A DNA stretch of 64,000 nucleotides. It comes from a virus. Made by a program: the position numbers and the translations under genes. The first letter of the stretch is position 1; the number at the start of each line of letters is the position of its first letter. The stretch lies in the IMG/VR virus record IMGVR_UViG_3300037391_000010, positions 91,418 through 155,417 of that record; one strand, written 5' to 3'. Positions 37,848 through 46,057 of this stretch are shown here, piece after piece. Under the pieces are notes generated by a model. That model was not told the DNA's origin, did not search any database, and saw only the letters and a list, made by a program, of their open reading frames with translations.

Positions 37848-38124
37848 CGTCACGCAGGCGCTTCTTTTCCGCACGCTCCTTCATGACCTTCTGCTCGACC
37901 GCCCACAGGAACAATCCCTCCCACGAGAAGTCGTAGGTCTGTCGCGTGCCCTTCAGTCGCACGGTGCCGTGCCAGCCGTTGTCCACATCCACAACGATGC
38001 TGCGAGATACGGGAACACGCCGCGTCTTCCTCTTCTCCTTGTCCACGGTGATGCTACCCCACCCCCGCATCTCGGCGTCCGTCTCGAAACTCAGCCGCGT
38101 CTTCCGTTCGCTAATCTTGGTCAT
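37819..38124 (-). CDS. Small basic hypothetical protein convergent with the giant ORF
   Basis: AAGGAGG RBS and TGGTATAAT promoter (-10 at 38148-38153). Confidence 0.75.
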   Translation of the reverse strand: MTKISERKTRLSFETDAEMRGWGSITVDKEKRKTRRVPVSRSIVVDVDNGWHGTVRLKGTRQTYDFSWEGLFLWAVEQKVMKERAEKKRLRDAKKKGRFVR

Positions 38125-38293
38125 GTGACCTCCTTGTCACTGTAACCATTATACCATTCGGGTTTTGGATAAGGGCGTAAAACGTGGCGTTTGATGCACT
38201 TACGGGCGAACAAGTCTCGTGATTTCAACGCGATATTTTTTGCTTGACAAGGATTTCCCACGACTTTCGGGCTCTTTCATAGGGGACAATTTC

Positions 38294-38617
38294 ATGGGCT
38301 TTGCGGAGATTATCAAAGAACACAGCGACAGGCTTAAGGGGCTTCTCGATAAGCTGACCAACGACGCGCACGTGCCAATTGCGATGGCCGTCTTCGCAAC
38401 CACCTCGGCGTATTGTTTCCACACGGGCAAGGACTTGCTTCCCGGCTACGTGAGTTCTCTCTACGCATTCTACGGCTTCCTCGGCGGTCACGCTTTGGTG
38501 TACCAGAAGTGGCCTGATCCATCAACGCCTGCTCCAACGGTGAACGTGGATGTGAGCAACACGAACACCAATGCGGCGACGGCTACCGCTGCGGCTCCCG
38601 ATCCCTCAAAGGGGTAA
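38294..38617 (+). CDS. Two-TM membrane protein, possibly holin-like
   Basis: Two moderately hydrophobic segments; AGGGGACA upstream, as for the 2810 peptide. Confidence 0.55.
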   Translation: MGFAEIIKEHSDRLKGLLDKLTNDAHVPIAMAVFATTSAYCFHTGKDLLPGYVSSLYAFYGFLGGHALVYQKWPDPSTPAPTVNVDVSNTNTNAATATAAAPDPSKG

Positions 38618-38619
38618 CT

Positions 38620-39285
38620 GTGGGCATTCCATGCTTTCTGTTGACGCCAGTCTCTAAGATTCGTGTCTGGGCTCGCCGCTACAACTCAGGCACGCCGAAC
38701 TGTTGCCCGCTCTATCCGGGCGAATACTCCTACCACACCAATATGAACCTCATCGGCGACTTCGACTTCCCGCATGTCGAGGGTGAGGGTTTGGAGAAGG
38801 ATTGGAACGATTTCGTTGAGACCCTTCGTCCATCAAAAGGCGATCCACTTTGGCCGACTCACTGCAAGTGCGGAGCATTGATAGATGAGATGCCACACGA
38901 ACCGCGTGGTGGGCAGATGTTCGTTCATCGCCTGTACTCGCGGTCTGACGGCGGACCAATTACCACGCTTCACGAAGCCCCTGCGGGTGCTCTCTGGTAC
39001 GCATGGTGGTACAGGATGGATAACGGTAACTTCGGATGGGATTGGGATAATGCCGTAGGCCCGCCTCTCATGTGTATGCTGCCGAACAACAGGGAATGGA
39101 ACATCGATGGACGGGCATCTAACTGCACCATGAAGGAAGATCGGTTGCACCGTTGCTGGGTTCGCCATGGGGAGCCGCCTAATATCCACGTGGATAAGAA
39201 CGGGCATACGTGTCAGGCTGGTGCGGGCTCGATCCTCAGCGGGAACTGGCACGGGTTCCTGCACAACGGACAACTGGTGCCATGA
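38620..39285 (+). CDS. Cys/His-rich protein with DUF6527-like C-terminus
   Basis: Ends 'CW...G...GSI....WHGFLHNG'. Confidence 0.6.
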   Translation: MGIPCFLLTPVSKIRVWARRYNSGTPNCCPLYPGEYSYHTNMNLIGDFDFPHVEGEGLEKDWNDFVETLRPSKGDPLWPTHCKCGALIDEMPHEPRGGQMFVHRLYSRSDGGPITTLHEAPAGALWYAWWYRMDNGNFGWDWDNAVGPPLMCMLPNNREWNIDGRASNCTMKEDRLHRCWVRHGEPPNIHVDKNGHTCQAGAGSILSGNWHGFLHNGQLVP

Positions 39286-39626
39286 AACTAACAGACCTCA
39301 ATCCACATTGGGTTACGGTTCCTCAGGCTGCTCCCGGGTATCACGGGGATGACTCAAGCTATGTGAAGCTGTACATCGGAATTACTTTCCGCTGCCCGCA
39401 TTGCCCCGTGGGGGATCGCGGCGAGGTCTTTTACATTGGGGTGTTCTTTGCGAATCCGATTGACCCCGATAACTGGCTGCCACGGATAACGCCGCTCGGA
39501 AAGCTGGCAGAGCATGTGTGGAATCGGACGGGGGATACTTTCGAGAACTTGAGCCTGACGCCCTCGGTGGACGCTTCCAAGTACGGACACTGGCATGGGT
39601 TCATTACGAACGGGGAAGTTCGGTAG
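39282..39626 (+). CDS. DUF6527-like protein
   Basis: 'FRCPHC...WNRTGDTFENLSLTPSV....GHWHGFITNGEV'. Confidence 0.7.
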   Translation: MKLTDLNPHWVTVPQAAPGYHGDDSSYVKLYIGITFRCPHCPVGDRGEVFYIGVFFANPIDPDNWLPRITPLGKLAEHVWNRTGDTFENLSLTPSVDASKYGHWHGFITNGEVR

Positions 39627-40025
39627 GCTCTTCGTAGTCCGAGAAGTCGTAGGTCGATTCGTTCAACCGCTTCAAGTCAGCTTCCAGAATAGCCTCTGGC
39701 GTCGTTCCTAGCCTCACTGCGGCAGCTTTAGCCGCCTGTAGGTATCGAGGCTCCCCCGTCACTTTGGCGGCTTCGTCAAGAGAGACGCCTAACCGCTTCG
39801 CCCGCCGTGCCAACACTCGTTCGTAGGCTGTGCTCATTTCACCCATCCTTTGGCTTTCCACGATTCGCGGGATTTGTTGTAGGCGTCGATAATGCGCTGA
39901 TCCATGGTGGGCTGAGTCTTGTCGCAGCGGCGGCAATGCTCCTGCCCGCTGTTGGTGGGGTCTTCGGGCGTATACCAGACATGCCCGAACACGAAACAAA
40001 TCGCCGATGGAACCCACTCCAGCAT

Positions 40026-41189
40026 TTACGCCCCTGCGCCCCCAGATGGTTTCCGCGTGGGAATTGGGATGATGGGTCTCACGTTGATGGGCTCACGCTG
40101 TGGAGCCGCCGCTGACCCGTAACGTTCGAGCAGCATGGGCACCATGGCGTTCTCGGATTCTTTCACAAACACGGTGGTTTCGCCGTCCATGTCCACCTTG
40201 ATGAAATCGCCCAGCTTGACCTGACCAGTGGCAACAAGGTTCGCCATCGGGAAGACCAAATTGCGTTCAATGGCACGCTTCAAGTGACGCGCACCGTACT
40301 TCGGGTCCGTGCCTTCCTTGAGCAAGAATGCCTTGACCGCTGACGTGCAGTTGAATACGAACTGGTTCGCACCAGCCGCCATCAACACGCGCTGTTGCAC
40401 CATACCAAGTTCGATCTCAAGGATCAATTCCAAATGCTCGGGGCGTAGAGTCTTGAACACGACCGACTTGTCGATGCGGTTCATGAACTCGGGGGTGAAC
40501 TTCCGCTTTGCGGCGTCAACCGCACTACGGTCGATCTTTGCGTCCAGCGAATCATCAACGGTGACGTTCTCGCGAGCGTTGCCGAAGCCCATACCACCGT
40601 TCATCAGTTCGCTCATGTCGGCGGCACCGAGGTTCGATGTCATAATGATAATGCACTGGCTCAGGTCAACGCGGCGGTTGTCGCCGAGGGTCAGAGTTGC
40701 CTTGTCGAGGATGCCGAGCAGGAGTTGCCACAGTGAGTCAGAAGCTTTTTCGATCTCGTCGAACAGAAGGATCGACAGCTTCAATTTCTCCGAATACCAT
40801 TGGTTCAAGGCTTCTTGTGTGAGTAGAGGGTGAGTTTCGCGGTGACCGAGGTAGCCCGGAGGGGAACCGATCAGCTTGGCGATTTCGTGGGAATGTTGGA
40901 ATTCAGCGCAGTCAATCTTGATGCAGGCTCGGGCGTCCCCGAAGAGGGATTCAGCCATCGCTTCTACTACACGGGTCTTGCCGCTTCCCGTGGGGCCGAG
41001 GAAGAGCAGGTTACCAACTGGACGACCCGGAGCATTCAGACCAGCCAAGAACATCTGATAAATTTCAACAACCTTCTCGACGGCGGCGTCTTGTCCAACG
41101 ATACGCTTACGCAGGGCCTTCTCGAAATCACGCGCATCGTTTGAACGCTTGGTAGGGTCTAACTTGAGTCCAGTGCCAGTACCTTTCAT
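40026..41189 (-). CDS. Stand-alone ClpA/ClpB D2-type AAA+ ATPase
   Basis: Walker A GPTGSGKT, pore loop GSPPGYLG, Walker B LLFDEIEKA, TSNLG, PEFMNRID, GARHLKRAI; no N-domain or D1 ring; AGGAG RBS. Confidence 0.93.
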   Translation of the reverse strand: MKGTGTGLKLDPTKRSNDARDFEKALRKRIVGQDAAVEKVVEIYQMFLAGLNAPGRPVGNLLFLGPTGSGKTRVVEAMAESLFGDARACIKIDCAEFQHSHEIAKLIGSPPGYLGHRETHPLLTQEALNQWYSEKLKLSILLFDEIEKASDSLWQLLLGILDKATLTLGDNRRVDLSQCIIIMTSNLGAADMSELMNGGMGFGNARENVTVDDSLDAKIDRSAVDAAKRKFTPEFMNRIDKSVVFKTLRPEHLELILEIELGMVQQRVLMAAGANQFVFNCTSAVKAFLLKEGTDPKYGARHLKRAIERNLVFPMANLVATGQVKLGDFIKVDMDGETTVFVKESENAMVPMLLERYGSAAAPQREPINVRPIIPIPTRKPSGGAGA

Positions 41190-41304
41190 GCCTACTCCTG
41201 TTCCGTATCCGAGTCCCACAAGTACCACCTTTCTAAGGTTTGAGAAGTGACTTTCCCCGTTCTGATAGGTGCCGACTCCCTTAAAATCTCACCAATACCG
41301 TGAA

Positions 41305-41670
41305 TTACGCCTTCTGCTCCTCGGGCGTCTTGAACCGCATTGTTACGCCGTCGTCGGTCGTGAAAAGTTCCTTCGAGCACTTCGTACAGAACTGCATCGG
41401 TTTGGGCAGCGCCGTGTTGAGGCGATCCAATTCCATCTGGATCATCCGCTCGTGCCGCTGTGTCATCACATACGAGCATACCATGACCGTGCGGAATCGT
41501 GACCAGCCCTTTGCGCGGGCGAGGGCGAAGACGCGGCTGAGGATGGGGTCAGTCTGGGCGGCGTCAACCAGTGCCAGCCAGATCGAGGCGTCATTGTCCT
41601 CTTGGAGAACCTTGCTGAACTCGTCGTCGGTCAAGAGGGGTTTCGATGCGGGCCAAGTCATTCCACTCAT
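41305..41670 (-). CDS. Hypothetical protein
   Basis: Coupled to the upstream stop. Confidence 0.55.
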   Translation of the reverse strand: MSGMTWPASKPLLTDDEFSKVLQEDNDASIWLALVDAAQTDPILSRVFALARAKGWSRFRTVMVCSYVMTQRHERMIQMELDRLNTALPKPMQFCTKCSKELFTTDDGVTMRFKTPEEQKA

Positions 41671-42182
41671 TAGATGCCGTCCTTCGCCGCTTTGGTTTTG
41701 AATTCTTTGGCGTTGTCGTAGATGCAGAGGACACCAAAATGCTCGGTGTTGCTGACGATCATGGTGAAGTCCTTGCCGCGATAGGTCTCGGCGGCTGAGA
41801 ACTCAGACCACGGGCGATCCGTGCAGTCCTGTAGGGTGACCTCCCGACACACGTTGTGGAGGACTTTATCGAATTCCTCGTCATAGCCGAAGTATTCGTA
41901 GATTCGCTTCCGAAGCAGGTTGTAACCAGTGAGCAGCGGGAATCCGGCGGATGTCGGCATGGTGAGTTTTGAGTCTGACAGAGTGAGGCCGAAGCTGTCA
42001 AGCCAAAGCTTGATGTAGGCCAGCACTTTCGTGCCCGCCCACTTCGCCCGCAGGATTTGCTCGGGCGTCAGTTTGGTCACGTCTTCGAGGGTCTCGCAAC
42101 CCAGTCGCTTCAGAACGTTCTTCGCTCGTGTCGGTAGGTTCTGCGATTTCTCAACGCTGATCGCTGCTACGTAGGCATCCAT
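41670..42182 (-). CDS. RNA polymerase alpha-CTD-like domain protein
   Basis: 'LPTRAKNVLKRLGCETLEDVTKLTPEQILRAKWAGTKVLAYIK' aligns by eye to alpha-CTD; AAGGAG RBS and TGGTAGAAT upstream. Confidence 0.8.
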   Translation of the reverse strand: MDAYVAAISVEKSQNLPTRAKNVLKRLGCETLEDVTKLTPEQILRAKWAGTKVLAYIKLWLDSFGLTLSDSKLTMPTSAGFPLLTGYNLLRKRIYEYFGYDEEFDKVLHNVCREVTLQDCTDRPWSEFSAAETYRGKDFTMIVSNTEHFGVLCIYDNAKEFKTKAAKDGI

Positions 42183-42270
42183 AGTGTTCTCCTTGCACCT
42201 CTATTCTACCAAGAAAACACGGATTTCGGTTAGGAATTGTGGCTTTGGAATCAAAGACTTACATAAAGCC

Positions 42271-42295
42271 AAAGGGAACACCTCACGGTGTCCCC
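42271..42295 (-). terminator. Intrinsic terminator downstream of the ncRNA candidate
   Basis: Minus strand GGGGACACC-GTGA-GGTGTTCCC-TTT. Confidence 0.7.
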
Positions 42296-42313
42296 TAAGC
42301 GAAAAGATTAAAA

Positions 42314-42630
42314 GAACGGCGGTCCGACTCCTGACTACGGACAAGCCTTGGCAGTGCTACATTAGTTCCGCCACGAACCCCGCAGGTTATGATCCTATCA
42401 GGTGCCCCCTTTACGGAGCGTTCGGGGAGATTGGTTGCTCCCAACAGGATACAGCCTTCAGTCGATGGGTATCGATTTGTCCTGTCCTTACGACCCTCAC
42501 GGTTAGCCAACCGTGGGTGTTTCGGCGTTATGCAGCAACTTGCTGTACCACCAGACGCTACTCTCTTCGCTTTTCAGCGGCAGCGCCCGTGCTTTCCCTT
42601 AGGCAAAGGGCTAGTTCAGCCAAGCCGTTC
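42314..42630 (-). ncRNA. Large multi-stem structured ncRNA candidate, family unassigned
   Basis: Ends pair (GAACGGC/GCCGTTC); at least 6 internal helices, some with G-U pairs on the - strand; AGTATTA motif upstream, terminator downstream; no credible ORF. Confidence 0.7.
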
Positions 42631-42650
42631 ACATTACATAATACTGGAAG

Positions 42651-43058
42651 TCAAGATTGTTTGGCCGAGAATTTTGTGGCAAAAGGAGTGACTTTCACAA
42701 CGACGGCGGGAATGGTGTCGAAGCCCAGCCGTTCCCATGCAATGAGCCGATGGTGTCCATCCAGAATGGTAAGCTGTCCGTCCTTCAGTTGGAGCCAGAT
42801 GGCCTCTAATTCCTTGCTGCGCCAAATGGTCTTCACCAGATCGACGACTTCTTGCTCGAAAAGAGGTGTGTCCCACCGCCATTTGCCGCCATCGGTGGGA
42901 TTCCGCTCGATTGAGGTGAGGGGCACGTCCTGATTCTCTATCGCTAGGTTGGTCTGGTTGGAGAGGTAGAGAGCCCGAAGATTAAACCATGCGACGGAGC
43001 GACGGCGGGTGTGATCCGAGAATGGATCAACATAGTTGATTACGAAGGGATCGTACAT
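42651..43058 (-). CDS. ParB/Srx-like domain protein
   Basis: 'LTILDGHHRLIAWERLGFDTIPAVVV'. Confidence 0.8.
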   Translation of the reverse strand: MYDPFVINYVDPFSDHTRRRSVAWFNLRALYLSNQTNLAIENQDVPLTSIERNPTDGGKWRWDTPLFEQEVVDLVKTIWRSKELEAIWLQLKDGQLTILDGHHRLIAWERLGFDTIPAVVVKVTPFATKFSAKQS

Positions 43059-43699
43059 AGCCTGTCCAGTTCCCGCTGCATATTCTCCCGAGCCTGAAGG
43101 GTGTAGGCTCCCGCGAACTGGGGGCTGAAGTAAAGCTGCGGTCGAGCGAGGAAGGTCTTCAGGAATGCCATACGGCCAGCTTTCCACATCTCATCGCTGG
43201 CGAAGTTGTACTCCATGCGGATGAGGCGGGTATTTTCATCGTACTGCTCGGCTGACGACCCCAGTCCCGCGAGATCGATATCGGTGACGAGGTTGACGTG
43301 CTCGGTGTGGGTGGTGCTGAGGATCAGGGCAATGATTTTGTCGGCATCCTCTACGTCGAATCCCAGTACAGGGTTATCCTTCTCGAAAACCATCGCGCTG
43401 CGGGCTTCGTTGTCGTCACGGGTGGGGTCGTAAACCGCATCGTGGTAAGCCCACGCAAAGAAAGTAATGGGGCTCATTTTGTCGAAAAACTTGAAGTATT
43501 CGCTGAATCCGAACTGGATGTGTCCCAGTGTGTGGTAGTGGCGGTGGGGTTCCAGATAGCGGTTCATCAGCGCCTTCCAGACGTACCCGATCCTGATATC
43601 GGTGGGACAATTTCTTCCCGCACGTGGAGCCGTCCGAACAAAGTCCGAGAACTTCAGGATGGGGGACGGCTTGTAGTCTTCGTAGGGCGGATACTTCAT
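43040..43699 (-). CDS. HD-superfamily phosphohydrolase (COG4339-like)
   Basis: 'RHYHTLGHI...YHDAVYDP...NEARSA...DIDLAGLG...IRMEY'. Confidence 0.85.
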   Translation of the reverse strand: MKYPPYEDYKPSPILKFSDFVRTAPRAGRNCPTDIRIGYVWKALMNRYLEPHRHYHTLGHIQFGFSEYFKFFDKMSPITFFAWAYHDAVYDPTRDDNEARSAMVFEKDNPVLGFDVEDADKIIALILSTTHTEHVNLVTDIDLAGLGSSAEQYDENTRLIRMEYNFASDEMWKAGRMAFLKTFLARPQLYFSPQFAGAYTLQARENMQRELDRLCTIPS

Positions 43700-43704
43700 A
43701 CTAC

Positions 43705-44241
43705 TTAATACCGCTCAAACCACTTAATGTTCGCCCCAACCTCTTTGAGTTTCTCCGGGGTGACATTGGTCATTTCAAAGAGTTTCTTGCACGCATCGGC
43801 GAAAGCCCACACTTCGCGGGGATGGACTTGGATGTAACGGCTCTCCAAGCCAGCTTCCCGTAGGCGAAGCAGGTCGTCGCCGTAGAGCGGGTCTTCCAGC
43901 CAGTACCAGTCCTCAGGGCCTTCCAGCACGGCATCTACTTTCTCATTCTTGGCACTCGAAAGTCGCGTCATCCACGCACAGTATTCGGTGTCTCGCCAGA
44001 TGTCCTGCCCATACAGGCTGTCGATCAACTTTTTCAGCGGCTCAGGTCCCCAGCAGGTAAGCCAGCGGACGTTGTAAAGCTCCTTGAGCACGCGAAGCTG
44101 GGTCATGATGTTGGGACGAAGATCGAAGCCAGAGCCGTCCCAGATGCAGGCGATGATGGTGTCGTCGATGTCGATGTAAAGAGTCGGACGCTTCAGAAGA
44201 CCTGTCACGTCAATGCGCTTGGATGTTGGGGAACGTTTCAT
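43705..44241 (-). CDS. HAD phosphatase (RNA-repair-like HAD)
   Basis: 'LYIDIDDTI...WLTCW...K...WLED'. Confidence 0.7.
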   Translation of the reverse strand: MKRSPTSKRIDVTGLLKRPTLYIDIDDTIIACIWDGSGFDLRPNIMTQLRVLKELYNVRWLTCWGPEPLKKLIDSLYGQDIWRDTEYCAWMTRLSSAKNEKVDAVLEGPEDWYWLEDPLYGDDLLRLREAGLESRYIQVHPREVWAFADACKKLFEMTNVTPEKLKEVGANIKWFERY

Positions 44242-44491
44242 AGGTAGATGGAAATCTCCTGTAGTCGTTCTTGAATCCACTTTGGAAGCTGCTCGAATTC
44301 TATCTCCGTGCCGAGTTTTTCCACGTCGTACAAACGGTCTCCTGTGAGCCACAGACCCGGTTTGTCGCCAGCGAGAATTGCCTCATAAGTGGATGGGTAA
44401 TTGGGAAGACCGCTATACTCGCTAGGTCTGTTCATGAGCAGGATACAGTAACGGTCGAAGCACGTGCACCCCGAGTCGTAAATTTTCAGGT

Positions 44492-44944
44492 TCACTTGGA
44501 CGCTTGACCTTTCAGCAGATTGATCGTGCCTCGGCATTTCTTTGTACCGCAAAGGCAGATGACGGGATTTTTGTCGTACTCGAACTGGTAATCTACGGTC
44601 AGTTCTTCGCCCCTCTTGATTCGCCGAAGCGAGTAGAAGTAGACGCGGTGCCCGCGAATTTCCGCGTAAAGGTTCGGGTCGCACGAGTGGTTCACCCGCT
44701 CGGCTCCGCTACCCCTCACCGCTCCATCTAGCGACCAGTAATCGTCCAGACAGTATGTGTAGATGTACTTCCGACCGCTTGTCACTTCTTTGTGTTGGCG
44801 GCGGTTCAGCAATTGGCCCGTGTATTCGATGACGTATTCCCCAGCCGGGATGCTTTGCTCGGCGATGACGCCCCAGCGGTGGATGGGGGATCGAACAATC
44901 GCCAGATTGAACCACGTGTAATCGGAATTGATGCGGGGTATCAC
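44492..44944 (-). CDS. SET-domain lysine methyltransferase with post-SET
   Basis: 'WGVIA...EYTG...NHSCDPN...GEELTVDY...CLCGTKKCRG'; start uncertain. Confidence 0.92.
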   Translation of the reverse strand: MIPRINSDYTWFNLAIVRSPIHRWGVIAEQSIPAGEYVIEYTGQLLNRRQHKEVTSGRKYIYTYCLDDYWSLDGAVRGSGAERVNHSCDPNLYAEIRGHRVYFYSLRRIKRGEELTVDYQFEYDKNPVICLCGTKKCRGTINLLKGQASK

Positions 44945-45028
44945 TGCGGGTCTCCCGGCAGACGTTGCGCGATGACGCGGTGAACCAGCCAGATGACGAA
45001 GCCGCCCCATCCAAGACCCAACGCGATT

Positions 45029-46057
45029 TTACCGAGCAGTAGCCAATCCATTGTACTCAACTGCCTTTCGCATCCAGTGTTGATCTGTCTGCACATGCTT
45101 CGCACGGACGTATTTCCCAACAACATAGGGAAATTCCACCATACTAAACGCTCTTGCAGGCCGAACGACTAGCCCCTCCTGCGTCTCAGGGTTGAGTTGC
45201 TTGCACAACTCTTGGCACAACCCGTCTGAGTACGTCCCCCAATAGATCAGGGGCACTGTGGTGAGGCCGAGTAATGCTGACCACTCCATTGTCTCACTCC
45301 ACGACAGGCAAGTCAAACCGTTCCAGATGTTGAAGACCATGAAGTACGACGGGAGGTTCTCGTACCGAATGGAATGCACTGCCGTCAGGTTCTCGCCACA
45401 GACGCGGTAGTTCTCGGGAATTTCGTAGCCTACCTCGGCGTGGATCGCCTTGATGTGGGTGCGTGATTCGTGGGGCTCGAATTCCATGGAGCGGGCGTGG
45501 AGACTGTTGTGGTAGAACGTGGTGCCCTCGCCGTCCATTTTCTCGGTTATGACGACTTCCCGCCCATCCCATCCTTCAGTGCTTGGCAACTGACGGTCAT
45601 CATTTTTGAGCCCCGGTGACCACAGGAAATGGTATGTCCGAGGGTATTTGATTCGCTCGGTGAACAGGTGGAGGACGGGCTTGAGGATTTTCTGAACACC
45701 CTCTTCCTCAAAAAGTTCACCACGCATTCGACGACCGTCTGGAAGGATCGCGTTCCCCCACTTGTCGTACTCTTGGTCGGCAAAGAAGTGGGGCGGTAAA
45801 ACGACTGTTGTGATGCCAGCCCTTTCTCGCAAATGACTACATCTGATGAGCGTAGCTTCTGCCGCAAGATGACATTCCGAGCAGAGGCACGCCCCATTGT
45901 CCAAAAAATATCCGCCATCTGGAAATAACCTCCGTTCTATGATGTGGTGGGCGTCTACGCCGGGACGCCCGCAGTTGACACATTTCCCCTTGTCCCGATA
46001 GAACACACCATCGCGGAAGAGTTGTCGTGTTGAACCGCTCCAGCTAAGATCGCTCAT
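45029..46057 (-). CDS. HNH domain fused to an RNA ligase-family nucleotidyltransferase
   Basis: HNH: 'CVNC...DAHHI...NGACLCSECH'. Ligase: 'KYPRT.H', 'TEKMDG', 'GEN', 'EGLVVR', 'KYVR'. Confidence 0.87.
   Translation of the reverse strand: MSDLSWSGSTRQLFRDGVFYRDKGKCVNCGRPGVDAHHIIERRLFPDGGYFLDNGACLCSECHLAAEATLIRCSHLRERAGITTVVLPPHFFADQEYDKWGNAILPDGRRMRGELFEEEGVQKILKPVLHLFTERIKYPRTYHFLWSPGLKNDDRQLPSTEGWDGREVVITEKMDGEGTTFYHNSLHARSMEFEPHESRTHIKAIHAEVGYEIPENYRVCGENLTAVHSIRYENLPSYFMVFNIWNGLTCLSWSETMEWSALLGLTTVPLIYWGTYSDGLCQELCKQLNPETQEGLVVRPARAFSMVEFPYVVGKYVRAKHVQTDQHWMRKAVEYNGLATAR

Noticed and set aside
674-41270. Possible third promoter motif ACTT(T)C-N3-5-TTCTA at ~675, 21375 and 41250
   Set aside because: Too few and too degenerate to support without genome-wide statistics; spacing does not fit sigmaE GAACTT-N16-TCTGA.
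42314-42630. RNase P RNA, suggested by GGGAAAGCACGGGC resembling the CR-I motif GAGGAAAGUCCGGGC
   Set aside because: The 3' P4 partner and CR-V (ACAGAA-CCCGGCUU-like) are absent. tmRNA, SRP and group I intron signatures were also not found.
42184-42933. 249-aa + strand ORF across the ncRNA candidate
   Set aside because: Atypical Cys/Ser-rich composition, antisense to flanking genes and overlapping the ParB gene.
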